From an uncultured Candidatus Poseidoniales archaeon (GTDB lineage: Archaea; Thermoplasmatota; Poseidoniia; Poseidoniales; Thalassarchaeaceae): DNA of 64,000 bases. The stretch covers positions 11,080-75,079 of the forward strand of contig CAZYIX010000001.1 in NCBI GenBank assembly GCA_964647665.1, written 5' to 3'. Positions 20,489 to 33,054 of the stretch are shown piece by piece. Every line of letters starts with the position of its first letter. Positions within the stretch are counted from its first letter, which is position 1. Position numbers and translations under genes: made by a program. Under the pieces are notes generated by a model. It was given only the letters and a program-made list of their open reading frames with translations, was not told the DNA's origin and searched no databases.

Positions 20489-21259
20489 ATGTCTGATGAG
20501 AGGCCGGGGTACGAATTGGTGCTGCACGCTGGTGCAGACGCATCGAAGACAGGTGGCGTGGCCATCTGTGGCTTCTCATCAACAGGCATGGTCGGCGTCA
20601 TCGCAGCAAGTCATTTGATTCGGGCTTTTGACCTCAAACAACTGGGCACCGTCCTCGATGACGAGTTCCCGGCAATGGCTTTGGTTCACGACAGCGTCCC
20701 AAAGCATCCTGTTCGGGTGTACGAGGGAGAAGGCATTGGTGTATTCACCTCTGAGATTCAGTTCCCTTCCGCATACGATGTCAAGTTCGCAGAGACAGTT
20801 CTCGATTGGTTCACTGAGGGCCGATTCGACCGACTAATCATCATCGATGGAATAGTCGGGGCGGAACTCGGTGAGAAGAAGGATAGCGATTTGTGGGGTG
20901 TGGCGAGCCATCCGCAAGGTCGCAATCGGCTAGGAAAGGCTGGAGTTACTCGAATGGAGCAAGGAATTGTTTCTGGTATCGCCGGCTACCTATTGTCTGA
21001 AGGAGACCGACGAGGAATTGACGTGACTGCACTGCTTGCTGAATGCAACCCGATGTATCCTGATGCGCGGGCGGCTGCTATTGCTAGCGAAGCGTTGGCG
21101 GACTTGCTTGACGTTGAGATTCCACTCGAGGAACTGTTGGATGAAGCCCGCCGCATCGAGGAGAATGTTCGAGAGATGTTCGAGAAGTCTCAGTCCATGC
21201 TACCCGCGCCTGACGGTTATGATGTCAGTCAACAGGGCGGCGACCCGATGATTGGCTAA
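20489..21259 (+). CDS. PAC2-family proteasome assembly chaperone (no HbYX; ends -MIG)
   Basis: GF...GMVG.IAA.HL, HPVRVY, G.VSG..G.LL, PDARAAA. Confidence 0.9.
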   Translation: MSDERPGYELVLHAGADASKTGGVAICGFSSTGMVGVIAASHLIRAFDLKQLGTVLDDEFPAMALVHDSVPKHPVRVYEGEGIGVFTSEIQFPSAYDVKFAETVLDWFTEGRFDRLIIIDGIVGAELGEKKDSDLWGVASHPQGRNRLGKAGVTRMEQGIVSGIAGYLLSEGDRRGIDVTALLAECNPMYPDARAAAIASEALADLLDVEIPLEELLDEARRIEENVREMFEKSQSMLPAPDGYDVSQQGGDPMIG

Positions 21260-21284
21260 TCAGAGGGTACCCAACTGCTTCAAT

Positions 21285-21848
21285 TCAGTAGAATGGATTG
21301 GTCCCTGCCGCGTGGTCGGTGTTATCGACTACTGCGGTGATTGCTGGGATCCGCTCAGTAATCATCGTCTCAACACCTTGTTTGAGGGTGACATCAGCCA
21401 TTCCGCATCCTTGGCAGCCGCCGCCGAATGCGATGATAGCAGTCTCCTCCTGCACCCCGAGTAGGGTGACATGTCCTCCGTGAGCCGCTACAGCAGGATT
21501 GACTTCATTGTCAATGATTTCCGCGACCGCTTGCTCGGTTTCGCCGAGCCACAGTGGATTCGGGTTTTCAAAGTGGAATCCGCCACCCATGAGAGATTCA
21601 ACGAAGTCGAGAGTAGCGCCATCCATGTATTGGGCACTCTTCTCCTCGATTGAGACCGATGTTCCATCGACCTCTACAATAACATCTGACTCTTCGGTAT
21701 CTTCCTTGCCAATGAGTTGCAGGTCGTATTGGAACCCCTTGGGCCCACGACCAATGATTGCGACCCTGAGAACCAGTTCGCTTCCTTCTTTTGCTTGACT
21801 CGAATACTCCTCGAGTTTCTCTCGAGCCTTATCGGTGATTGTGAGCAA
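21285..21848 (-). CDS. nfuA: Fe-S cluster carrier NfuA (degenerate A-type domain plus NifU-C domain)
   Basis: ITITD.A, F.FENPN, VNP.VA.HGG, GGGCQGCG, LKQGVE, TDH..G.NPFY. Confidence 0.9.
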   Translation of the reverse strand: MLTITDKAREKLEEYSSQAKEGSELVLRVAIIGRGPKGFQYDLQLIGKEDTEESDVIVEVDGTSVSIEEKSAQYMDGATLDFVESLMGGGFHFENPNPLWLGETEQAVAEIIDNEVNPAVAAHGGHVTLLGVQEETAIIAFGGGCQGCGMADVTLKQGVETMITERIPAITAVVDNTDHAAGTNPFY

Positions 21849-21958
21849 CGGGGGCCATCTCCATGCAGACGGCCCCCGTCACTCGTTTTAATCCACGTGT
21901 TGTCATCTAATGCATTCTGGCACTAGTCACCATGTCAACACGTATCGTCATCCTTGGT

Positions 21959-23587
21959 TCACAATAGGCCGAACTTGCGGCGCAGTAGGCTCAGACCGAG
22001 CAGCGGAATGCTACCCAATACGCCGCCTGCAGCAGCATCTTCGACATCGACGGTGAAGCCGCCCTGAGTTGAGAGAACCGGCTTCTTACCGATTTCCTCT
22101 AGGCTCTCCTTCACCTTGACGGATGTGATCTTCACTTTTCCGGAGTCGTCATCTTCGTCGACGACCTTGCAGTCACGAGTTGCAGCGACATCGGAATCAC
22201 GGACCTTGCGTACGGTTGGCTTGCAGCGAGAGTCATCAGGTACTTCGACGATATCGTCTCCGTACGGGATAACAACGCGCTTGCAGATGATTACGACCTG
22301 TGTGGTCGTGTTACCTACAGGCTTGACACTGTCGCCATCGTTTGCATCCGGGCCCATTGGGCGCGGGTGTCCGGTGAACTTCCAGAAGTCAGGAGCGAGC
22401 TCCCTTGCTAGCACAGTACCACCGTTGTCGATGTTGACATCGGAGGTGATTGTGACCTTCTTGCAGATCATCGTCGGTGCGATAGGCTTCGGCATCGGCA
22501 CTGGGTCGATGTTGTTACTGCAGTCAGCCTTCCACTGACCACGGAACACGCCTTGTCCCTCGCCGTTACCCTTGTACTGGCCTGCTAGAACACCGTCTAG
22601 ACTTCCGCTCAGTGTGCTCCACTCTCCGGAGTAGGTACCGTTGCCGTATGTGCCACTGAGGGTAGCCAATACCTGGCCATCCATGCTTGAAGCCACGCCT
22701 CGGAAATGTCCGGCTGCGAATTGACCGCTCAAGGTTCCACGAATGTTGCCTTCTGAGTCAATGAAGTAGCCCTTGAAATCTCCACCACGGTGGGTGTCGC
22801 TTAGAGCCCACTTGCCGTTGAGGTAGCCGCTGGGGCAGATTACATCCTCGTCATCGGTGTCATTGTTGTCACCGAATCCGTCCCAGTGTGCCCGTAGGTA
22901 CAGGAGCACACGGCACGCGAATGCCTGACCCTGTGACCAGTCGGATGCGTCCTCGTTACCGACGATGTCGTCAGTCAACGGGCAGCGGTTCATCAGGTCC
23001 TCGATGGTGATGTTGTTTTGCCACATCCAGTTTAGGATACGGCGGACCAGAAGGTGGCTCTGGTCTACATCGTCCTCGTCGTCACTGTCGTCATCGTTAC
23101 CGAAGTCGGTCCAGATAACAACCACGATGCCATCGAAGTCTGCTAGCCTCTCACGAACTATTGAAAGTTCCATGAGACCCGTGCGGAACACGTCGTAGGA
23201 CCAGTCTTCGTAAATTACGATGACCATGACCCAGGCCATGTCGCCGTCTGTGTAGACAACGACAACCACTTCGAGGACTTCTAGTGCGCCATCATCGATG
23301 GAGCTGAGGTCCAGTTCGTCTCTTTCTTCAACGTCAGTCAAATCGAGCGCGGCCTGGTAGATGTTGTAGGAATCAAGATCCCTTACTTCACCATCTAGGT
23401 CAAGGAATTCGAACTCGGTGTCGAGTCCAACTACCTCTATGCGCTCATCCGCAGCTGTCATCGACGTACTCTGCTCTGCACTCGCCATCCCGCTGAGCGG
23501 GAGGATGAGCAGAGCGAGCATGAAGACGAGGCCGCGCATGGCCAACGTTCCACTTGCTTGCTTGCTTGTTTGGGTGATTTTTCCCAT
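21959..23587 (-). CDS. Hypothetical secreted/anchored acidic protein with Gly-rich beta repeats
   Basis: Signal peptide, C-terminal TM+RRK, strongly biased codon usage. Confidence 0.75.
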   Translation of the reverse strand: MGKITQTSKQASGTLAMRGLVFMLALLILPLSGMASAEQSTSMTAADERIEVVGLDTEFEFLDLDGEVRDLDSYNIYQAALDLTDVEERDELDLSSIDDGALEVLEVVVVVYTDGDMAWVMVIVIYEDWSYDVFRTGLMELSIVRERLADFDGIVVVIWTDFGNDDDSDDEDDVDQSHLLVRRILNWMWQNNITIEDLMNRCPLTDDIVGNEDASDWSQGQAFACRVLLYLRAHWDGFGDNNDTDDEDVICPSGYLNGKWALSDTHRGGDFKGYFIDSEGNIRGTLSGQFAAGHFRGVASSMDGQVLATLSGTYGNGTYSGEWSTLSGSLDGVLAGQYKGNGEGQGVFRGQWKADCSNNIDPVPMPKPIAPTMICKKVTITSDVNIDNGGTVLARELAPDFWKFTGHPRPMGPDANDGDSVKPVGNTTTQVVIICKRVVIPYGDDIVEVPDDSRCKPTVRKVRDSDVAATRDCKVVDEDDDSGKVKITSVKVKESLEEIGKKPVLSTQGGFTVDVEDAAAGGVLGSIPLLGLSLLRRKFGLL

Positions 23588-23717
23588 GCCTAATGTTTAG
23601 TCAACCGACTATATGACTGAAAGACGGGCGCACCCGGGGGCTATACCTCCATACCGTTTCGTATACCAACCCCGGCGTTAGGAAGGATTGAGAGTGGAGT
23701 CGTTCCAAAGCGGCCTG

Positions 23718-24773
23718 ATGGCCCCACCTCCTGACGCTGATTCAGTGGCTTCTTCACCGGTGGATATGCGGGGAAGACCGTTGCAGGAGATACGTATCTC
23801 TGTGACCGACCGATGCAACATGCGTTGCCGTTACTGTATGCCAAAGGAGGTATTCGGTCCTGACTACCCTTACCTGCCCCGTGCCGATGTCCTGACCTTC
23901 GAGGAAATGGATAGGTTGGCTGGTTTGTTCGCCGGTCTAGGAGTCAGTAAGATTCGATTGACCGGCGGTGAGCCGTTGCTACGTAGGGAATTGCACAAAT
24001 TGGTGTCTATGCTGAAGCAGCATGTTGCTGAGGTCGCATTGACCACAAATGGCGTATTGCTGCCGCGTCAAGTCGCAGAATTGGCAGCAGCAGGCCTTGA
24101 CAGGGTGACAGTCAGCCTAGACGCTCTAGATGAGAATACTTTCCAGGCAATGTCAGATTCAGGCTACTCGGTGGCTGACGTACTCGCAGGCATCGACTCT
24201 GCCATCGAGCATGGACTTGGGCCAGTCAAAGTGAATGCGGTGGTGAAGCGCGGTGAGAACGAACAGGAAATCCTTGCCTTAGTCAACCGGTTTGCACCGA
24301 TGGGAGTAGCCACCCGCTTCATCGAATACATGGATGTAGGCTCATCGAACGATTGGCGGCTGGATGATGTGGTGAGCGCAGATGAGATTCTTGACACCAT
24401 CCGCAGTGAACACTCACTGCTCCCCATCGACCCTGCTCAGGCTTCAGAGGTTGCTAAGCGCTGGCGCATGATTGAGCCGACCGAGCAGGATAGCGGTGAG
24501 ATTGGGGTGATTGCATCGGTCAGCGAGCCGTTTTGCGGTGATTGCAATCGAGGCAGGTTGTCCGCTGATGGTCGCTTTTACACCTGTCTATTCGCCACTG
24601 ATGGGTTGGATTTACTAACTCCAATTCGGGCAGGAGCAGGCGATGAGGAACTATCAGAATTGATTCAAAACCGATGGACTAAGCGCGTGGATGCATATAG
24701 TGAGCACAGAACAACAACTACTGCCAAGCGTGCACAATCACCTCGTATTGAGATGTCATACATCGGTGGCTGA
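23718..24773 (+). CDS. moaA: GTP 3',8-cyclase (molybdenum cofactor biosynthesis)
   Basis: RISVTDRCNMRCRYC, TGGEPL, FCGDCNR...C, C-terminal MSYIGG. Confidence 0.97.
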   Translation: MAPPPDADSVASSPVDMRGRPLQEIRISVTDRCNMRCRYCMPKEVFGPDYPYLPRADVLTFEEMDRLAGLFAGLGVSKIRLTGGEPLLRRELHKLVSMLKQHVAEVALTTNGVLLPRQVAELAAAGLDRVTVSLDALDENTFQAMSDSGYSVADVLAGIDSAIEHGLGPVKVNAVVKRGENEQEILALVNRFAPMGVATRFIEYMDVGSSNDWRLDDVVSADEILDTIRSEHSLLPIDPAQASEVAKRWRMIEPTEQDSGEIGVIASVSEPFCGDCNRGRLSADGRFYTCLFATDGLDLLTPIRAGAGDEELSELIQNRWTKRVDAYSEHRTTTTAKRAQSPRIEMSYIGG

Positions 24774-26153
24774 ATCCGGACGTGATTCCGCAGCTTCGGC
24801 TGCGGTGATGATGGTAGGCCATGCCGCATCGGTGCGAACTGATGGATTGCCGTAGCGGGCGATGGCCGCCCCACAACCGGCTTCTCTCAACTCCTCAACG
24901 AGCCGAGCGGGTGATGGTGGTCCGAGCAGCGAGGCATATTGATGCAGGTCATCGACTATCAGAACCGTCGGTGAAGTCGCTACCGTCGCCTCCTCGCAAA
25001 GATGGCGCACAGCGCGCATCGCAGCCCTATGCGCCAATTTCACATCTCTCTCAGAAGCGCCAACTGCCTCAATCAGTGCAGCATCAAATTCGACCGCAGG
25101 TGAACACAATTCGGCAGCCCGCTCCTCAGCAAGTGCTTGCAGTACCTCTCCATCGTACAGAGTCCCTACCCAAAGCGGCCCAGAGATTCTAGCATCATTC
25201 CTGTTGACTGGATGTGCAAGAGGAAGTAGGCAATGCGGTTGTGGGTGTGTATCACCATTGGGGTGAAGCCCGGCTTGCACTGCCGCAGTCAATTCAGCCT
25301 CAGTGGGCTCAGCAACTCTCCAGCCCAGTTGTTCGGATAGTGCGTTTGCTCCTTCGATTGAGCGACGAACCCTGAAAGAGATACGCAGGTGGTGCGAGTC
25401 CCAAGATGACAACATCGGCTCAATACTCCTGTCATGCATAGCGGCGATTTTCGCGCAGGTAGCGAGCAGTAGTCGTAGTCCAGAGTCATGTGCAAGTCCA
25501 TCACAACGGATTGTAGCGCCATAGCGTCGTTTGCAAGCAGAGCGCGAAGAGCCGGTCAATGCGGCAGTATCGGTAGCGGTCACTTCCATCACTGCTCTGC
25601 GAGAGCATGATTGGAAAGCCGCATCGAGGAAAGCGGTTGGTGCGCCGAACGGGTCGATGTCTATCCACTGCCAGCCTGAACGAGCGAGAATTCCTCTCGC
25701 ATCTTCGCAGTGTAGTGTGAGGCTACCATGTCCATGCTGTGGCGGGAATGCCGCATGATTCGCCTGTGCCCATTCAATGGCTTCTGTATCCATATCACAG
25801 GCGTGCGCCTCAAGTCGAGCTGCGTGTTCCACAGGCAACTCATTGAGCCAGCGCCGGGCTCGAATCCCACTTGCACACAATGCATCCAAAGCTCGTATCG
25901 GCTTGTCGGCGGGACCAAGCCAGCCCGATTCAAGCACGTGTGCCATCAGCAGCACGCTTCTAGTTCGACAAGCAGTCATCGCTGGATTGTGGAAAACAGA
26001 ACGGTGTTCCCGGCTTGCCGGTCCTCTCCCATGCCGTTCACGTTGTACCTCGGTCCTCTCAGTCGCCGTTACAGGCAGATTAGAACGAGTTCTCCCTTCA
26101 AGGACAATCTCGCCGGGCCATCCTTCCGGTAGGCTATCGAGTGTGTCAGGCAC
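24756..26153 (-). CDS. trm1: tRNA (guanine26-N2)-dimethyltransferase, divergent
   Basis: VFHNPAM, LDALCASGIR, IDIDPFG, VTATD, GLRLL, GPLWVG. Confidence 0.9.
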   Translation of the reverse strand: MPDTLDSLPEGWPGEIVLEGRTRSNLPVTATERTEVQRERHGRGPASREHRSVFHNPAMTACRTRSVLLMAHVLESGWLGPADKPIRALDALCASGIRARRWLNELPVEHAARLEAHACDMDTEAIEWAQANHAAFPPQHGHGSLTLHCEDARGILARSGWQWIDIDPFGAPTAFLDAAFQSCSRRAVMEVTATDTAALTGSSRSACKRRYGATIRCDGLAHDSGLRLLLATCAKIAAMHDRSIEPMLSSWDSHHLRISFRVRRSIEGANALSEQLGWRVAEPTEAELTAAVQAGLHPNGDTHPQPHCLLPLAHPVNRNDARISGPLWVGTLYDGEVLQALAEERAAELCSPAVEFDAALIEAVGASERDVKLAHRAAMRAVRHLCEEATVATSPTVLIVDDLHQYASLLGPPSPARLVEELREAGCGAAIARYGNPSVRTDAAWPTIITAAEAAESRPDSATDV

Positions 26154-26203
26154 AGACGCCGCTCGTATCCATCCACTTAGTCATCTTCGATGTTGAGTTG
26201 AAC

Positions 26204-27580
26204 TCAGACATCTATGTTAGCCAACGCATTGTGAATACGTTCGAGTTCAATCTGTAAGCGAGCCATGTGGTCGTTCAATGCCATCCGTTCTCCCTCGGCC
26301 TGTCCGTAAGCCCTCCCTCCACCACTATTGGCAGCGTTGATTGCCGCCGCCACCTGATACACCTTGGTGGCGACCGCCTTGTCATTGAGCAGTGCAAGGG
26401 TTTGCGAAGCCAATCTATCTCCAAGAGGTAAGTTGTGACCACTATCATACAGACAAACTGCGGTTAGAAGTCGCAATGGTTCTAGGGTTCTAACCGGATG
26501 GATGAGGTATGGGGAATTGTGAGCACCATTCCCTGGCCTGATTAGCCATTGGACTCCACTGGTTCCCTTGACTAGAAGACCATGAGCACTCGCAGTAACT
26601 TCTTCATTTGAGGAAGCGATTCCACATAGCATCTGGAAGGACCTCTCATGCGGAGTGATAGTCGCAGCATTGGCACCTAATCCGATACGCAGCCCAGAAA
26701 CTAGGCAATAGGCTCGCAGTCGCATGGCTGCAGCACTACCATGTCTACCTCTCCAAGTGTTGGTGAATCGCTCAAGCACTCGCGGGTCCTGTGGCAGAGG
26801 TAGGACTCTGCGTTCACTATTCTTACCGACTATGCCGAGTAGATAGCCTTCGGAATTCCAATCGCACATCGGTGGTGCTTGACCTCCTCTGCTTCGATGG
26901 TCACTAACAGATAACATCGGAGCCTTTGCACTGCCTACCGGCATGAACATCATTCCACGCAAAGCCATCGCAATGCGTGATTGCGGCTCATTACTAGTAC
27001 CTCTATTTGCCCCGGTCAATGCTGAATGTATTGCCAAGAATCCGTTGACACCTTGCAAACTATCTGTCAACATTCGAAGTAGAAGTGAACCGGGGCCACC
27101 TTGAATCAGATGTTCACCAATACGTAGACCGTCTTCTTGCAATACCATCACATGTTGAGCAACTGCCATGCGTTCAAATTGGTGTTTTTCTCTTCCTCTT
27201 GAAGGGTGCAGCCGCTCATGTCCATCCATGAATAGGGGAGAACCTCGTTTTACCAGAGTATCTCTTGTTCTCTGTATCTGTTCCTCAATATTCTCATGGA
27301 TTTCTCGCTGTGGCGCAAGGTCACGTTCAGTTATTGCCATCAGCGCTATTCTCCAACTTTCATCGTTGTCAGGCATCGGAAGTCTGCCCATCTCCAGTTT
27401 CTCGCCAATTTCAACGAGGAACTCGGGCATATCCTCAATCAGATGTTGTTGCCATACTGGTTTCTGCCAAGATCTGATTACAGCCGCGTCATTCCAAGGC
27501 GCACAAACAGCACACAGGGGCTCAGGACTGCTTTCAAGCATTGGGCTACGACAGCATTCGCAGAGGATAGAATTGGACAT
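26204..27580 (-). CDS. Hypothetical protein, Cys4 finger + 'LPLGD' domain family, paralogue 1
   Basis: N-terminal CxxC...CxxC; C-terminal KGTSG...GAH...VCL...LPLGD shared with 51604 and 53196. Confidence 0.8.
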   Translation of the reverse strand: MSNSILCECCRSPMLESSPEPLCAVCAPWNDAAVIRSWQKPVWQQHLIEDMPEFLVEIGEKLEMGRLPMPDNDESWRIALMAITERDLAPQREIHENIEEQIQRTRDTLVKRGSPLFMDGHERLHPSRGREKHQFERMAVAQHVMVLQEDGLRIGEHLIQGGPGSLLLRMLTDSLQGVNGFLAIHSALTGANRGTSNEPQSRIAMALRGMMFMPVGSAKAPMLSVSDHRSRGGQAPPMCDWNSEGYLLGIVGKNSERRVLPLPQDPRVLERFTNTWRGRHGSAAAMRLRAYCLVSGLRIGLGANAATITPHERSFQMLCGIASSNEEVTASAHGLLVKGTSGVQWLIRPGNGAHNSPYLIHPVRTLEPLRLLTAVCLYDSGHNLPLGDRLASQTLALLNDKAVATKVYQVAAAINAANSGGGRAYGQAEGERMALNDHMARLQIELERIHNALANIDV

Positions 27581-27626
27581 GGATAGAGTATGGAATACTC
27601 ACCGTTCTTGAACACCTGCATACGAT

Positions 27627-28751
27627 TCAGTAGGAATCAAAGTGGATTTGATCATTTACGTGGGTGACACGGTGACCATTATCTTCCACTAATCCCACCG
27701 TTTGACATCCAGCCATTCGCTCGGTCACCCAAGCCTCTACTGCAGTTGCGGCACTAGCATCCAAGATGACAACCATCCCCATGCCGAGGTTGAATGTACG
27801 AGCCATCTCACGAGATGAAACGCTTCCTTGCTCGGCAATCCAAGTGAATTCAGGTGGGGTGGGCATTGGCTCGCTGATGTGGAAGCCAAGAGATGGATGA
27901 AGGCGCAGCAAGTTGGACAGTCCACCACCGGTAATGTGGGCGATGCCATGGATGTCTGAGAGTGCGCATGGACCCTTTCCGTCACGAGCAGAGTCGATGA
28001 GGTCGACGATTGGGTCAACGTAGATTCGTGTTGGATTGAGGATGACTTCACCCAGAGTGATGTCTCCCTCGCTAAATCGCTTGATTTCACGACCGGGGTG
28101 GTCAGTATCAAATGGTGCAGCCGCGACTAGATTAGCTCCGCTGACCTCGATGACTTTCCTCACTAGTGAATAACCGTTGGAGTGAATGCCGCTTGAGGGC
28201 AAACCGAGTAGTACATCACCCGCAGTGATGTTCTCTCCAGTTATCGCATCATCCTTCGGTAACCAGCCTAGAGCAGTACCAGACAAATCGAGTTCGGTTA
28301 CAATTCCGGGCAGGCTGGCTGTCTCGCCACCTGCAAGGGTCACTCGGGCGAGTCGGCAGGCCTCAGCCAGAGATTCACCGAGAGCGGCGTGAACCTCAGG
28401 GTCTGGGCGCGGAGTCGCGATGTAATCGACGAATGCGATTGGCTCGGCTCCGACGCATAGCAGGTCATTGACATTCATCGCCATGCAATCGATTCCCACT
28501 CCGCCCCACCAATTCAGTGCGGAGGCGATTTGCAACTTGCTTCCGACTCCATCGGTAGCAAGCGCTAGCAGATTGTCTCCAAATTCCACCAAGCCGCCAA
28601 ATCCACCGGGCAAATCCACCGGAGCACCAGGGGTGCCAGGTTTGCGTACAGAAGCAGATAGAGAAGATACCAACGAGGCAACAGAGACTCCTTCGAGGTC
28701 AATATCGACCCCACTGCCGGCGTAGTCGAGGCCAACCTCGTCCTCGCTCAT
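27627..28751 (-). CDS. purM: Phosphoribosylformylglycinamidine cyclo-ligase (AIR synthase)
   Basis: Y..SGVDI, TDGVGSK, GIDCMAMNVND, GGETA, SSGIHSNGYSL, HITGGG, TFNLG. Confidence 0.97.
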   Translation of the reverse strand: MSEDEVGLDYAGSGVDIDLEGVSVASLVSSLSASVRKPGTPGAPVDLPGGFGGLVEFGDNLLALATDGVGSKLQIASALNWWGGVGIDCMAMNVNDLLCVGAEPIAFVDYIATPRPDPEVHAALGESLAEACRLARVTLAGGETASLPGIVTELDLSGTALGWLPKDDAITGENITAGDVLLGLPSSGIHSNGYSLVRKVIEVSGANLVAAAPFDTDHPGREIKRFSEGDITLGEVILNPTRIYVDPIVDLIDSARDGKGPCALSDIHGIAHITGGGLSNLLRLHPSLGFHISEPMPTPPEFTWIAEQGSVSSREMARTFNLGMGMVVILDASAATAVEAWVTERMAGCQTVGLVEDNGHRVTHVNDQIHFDSY

Positions 28752-28868
28752 CGAATGCGGCGAGTCGCAGCCCCTCTTTCATGCTGCCGTCGACTTTTGC
28801 ACCGGTTTTCCATCCACGTGCTACGCACGAAAAGGTGTCAATCGTTATACCAAAGCGATTATCATGCG

Positions 28869-31685
<2,817 letters not shown>

Positions 31686-31813
31686 CCGTTAATGTCGTGT
31701 AATTTTCCAATTGGGAAATTCACTTTTCAATTGGTGAAATGAGCACCACTTTTCGGTTAGTTGAACCCAGTAATCAATTCAGCCTAACGCATTTCATGAC
31801 GCATGCTGTATCC

Positions 31814-32428
31814 TCAGGGGTTCATCAGAAGTTGTGCCGCCTCTGGTATTCGTTCGAGTGATTCAAGCAGCCTGTGCTCATCTTCAACCTCAATGAGATT
31901 TATTTTGGCTGGATACTGTTCAGCCATTTTCCTTGACCTCTCAATCGGCACGATGGTATCTCCAGTTCCGTGGATGATTACGCATTGATGAGCAGGCACG
32001 GGCCACGACATCTTGTCGGCTGCTGTAAAGAAATCATATCCGAGTTTGATGGTTTGGCCCAATCCCCGATGCTGGTAAGGAACCGAACCTTTGAGTTTCC
32101 AACCAGCCAATTGCAATTTACTGTAGTCACGACGCAGCCCGTCAACAAGGCCAAAGGCGGGTGCAAGTAATAGCAGTTTGAAGTTGGAATCGGGCCGCTG
32201 CGCTGATGCGTTCAGTGCAGCGAGCCCTCCCATTGATGAGCCGGAGATAATGTCAGTATCCGGGTTTTCATCAATGACCTCAAGCAAAACATCGGTCTCA
32301 TTCTCGATGGTCCAACCTTTGGTTGACAGTACTGGAGCGATGACATCCCATCCTAACTCTTCGCGCATGTAAGTCGGCTTAGATCCATCAGGGCCTCCCT
32401 CAAACCCGTGCGCAAAGATGACTTTCAC
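31814..32428 (-). CDS. Alpha/beta hydrolase (YqiA/YcfP-like esterase)
   Basis: HGF, GSSMGG nucleophile elbow, HG..D..VP, DEH. Confidence 0.9.
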   Translation of the reverse strand: MKVIFAHGFEGGPDGSKPTYMREELGWDVIAPVLSTKGWTIENETDVLLEVIDENPDTDIISGSSMGGLAALNASAQRPDSNFKLLLLAPAFGLVDGLRRDYSKLQLAGWKLKGSVPYQHRGLGQTIKLGYDFFTAADKMSWPVPAHQCVIIHGTGDTIVPIERSRKMAEQYPAKINLIEVEDEHRLLESLERIPEAAQLLMNP

Positions 32429-32430
32429 AC

Positions 32431-32874
32431 TTATTCCACCTGCTCTAAGAGCAATGGGATGAACTGGCTGTCAGCGAGTCTGCAGCGAGTCATTGGCATC
32501 GATGTGCCCTCAGCAAGAACACGCAGATGAATCTCGCAAGTAACATGAATGATAGCGCTGAACAGATGTCCGCCGTGGACAACATGGTCATCGTCAGAAA
32601 CAACTGTGTGCAAATGCGTGAATGGCTCACCTTCGAGCATTGCGACATTACCTTGTAACGACAATAATTCCACTGATTCTCTAATCATCACTCGTTGGTA
32701 AGTGCCTCCATCGTCAAGGTAGCCGATGTCAACATCCCTAGCCCGGCCGATGCCGCTAGTTACTGCTGCTCCAGTGATTCCTAGATTAGTACACACGGAT
32801 TGAATGGAGGCATGAATTTCCTCATCCGGGTCAAGCCGAATGAAAACGTCGTCGCCTGAACGGAGGTGTTCCAT
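32431..32874 (-). CDS. PPC/DUF296 domain protein
   Basis: RL.P.EE, GIG, ELLSLQGNV, HLH, GGHL. Confidence 0.9.
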   Translation of the reverse strand: MEHLRSGDDVFIRLDPDEEIHASIQSVCTNLGITGAAVTSGIGRARDVDIGYLDDGGTYQRVMIRESVELLSLQGNVAMLEGEPFTHLHTVVSDDDHVVHGGHLFSAIIHVTCEIHLRVLAEGTSMPMTRCRLADSQFIPLLLEQVE

Positions 32875-33033
32875 ACATCGACGTGAACAGACTCCCCCCA
32901 AAGGGATTCGCACGTGCGATGCCCTATCTCGGCGCTTGTAGGGGCCACCCCTCTCAATAGTTCAAATTCAATTGAAATCACCTCCACCGGAACCGGGTCC
33001 TTTTGCTAAACGAATGCCGCGAAGCACGTCATT

Positions 33034-33054
33034 TTCCAGTGGAAATAATGGGGT
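33034..33054 (+). promoter_or_regulatory. ORB-like (Orc1/Cdc6-binding) box TTCCAGTGGAAATAATGGGGT
   Basis: Matches the archaeal ORB pattern: TTCCA-N-TGGAAA dyad followed by a G-string. Confidence 0.65.

Noticed and set aside
32954-32985. Minus-strand GGAGGTGA followed by a TTG 5-codon ORF
   Set aside because: Weak start, tiny, and overlaps the mini-ORB-like boxes; not supportable
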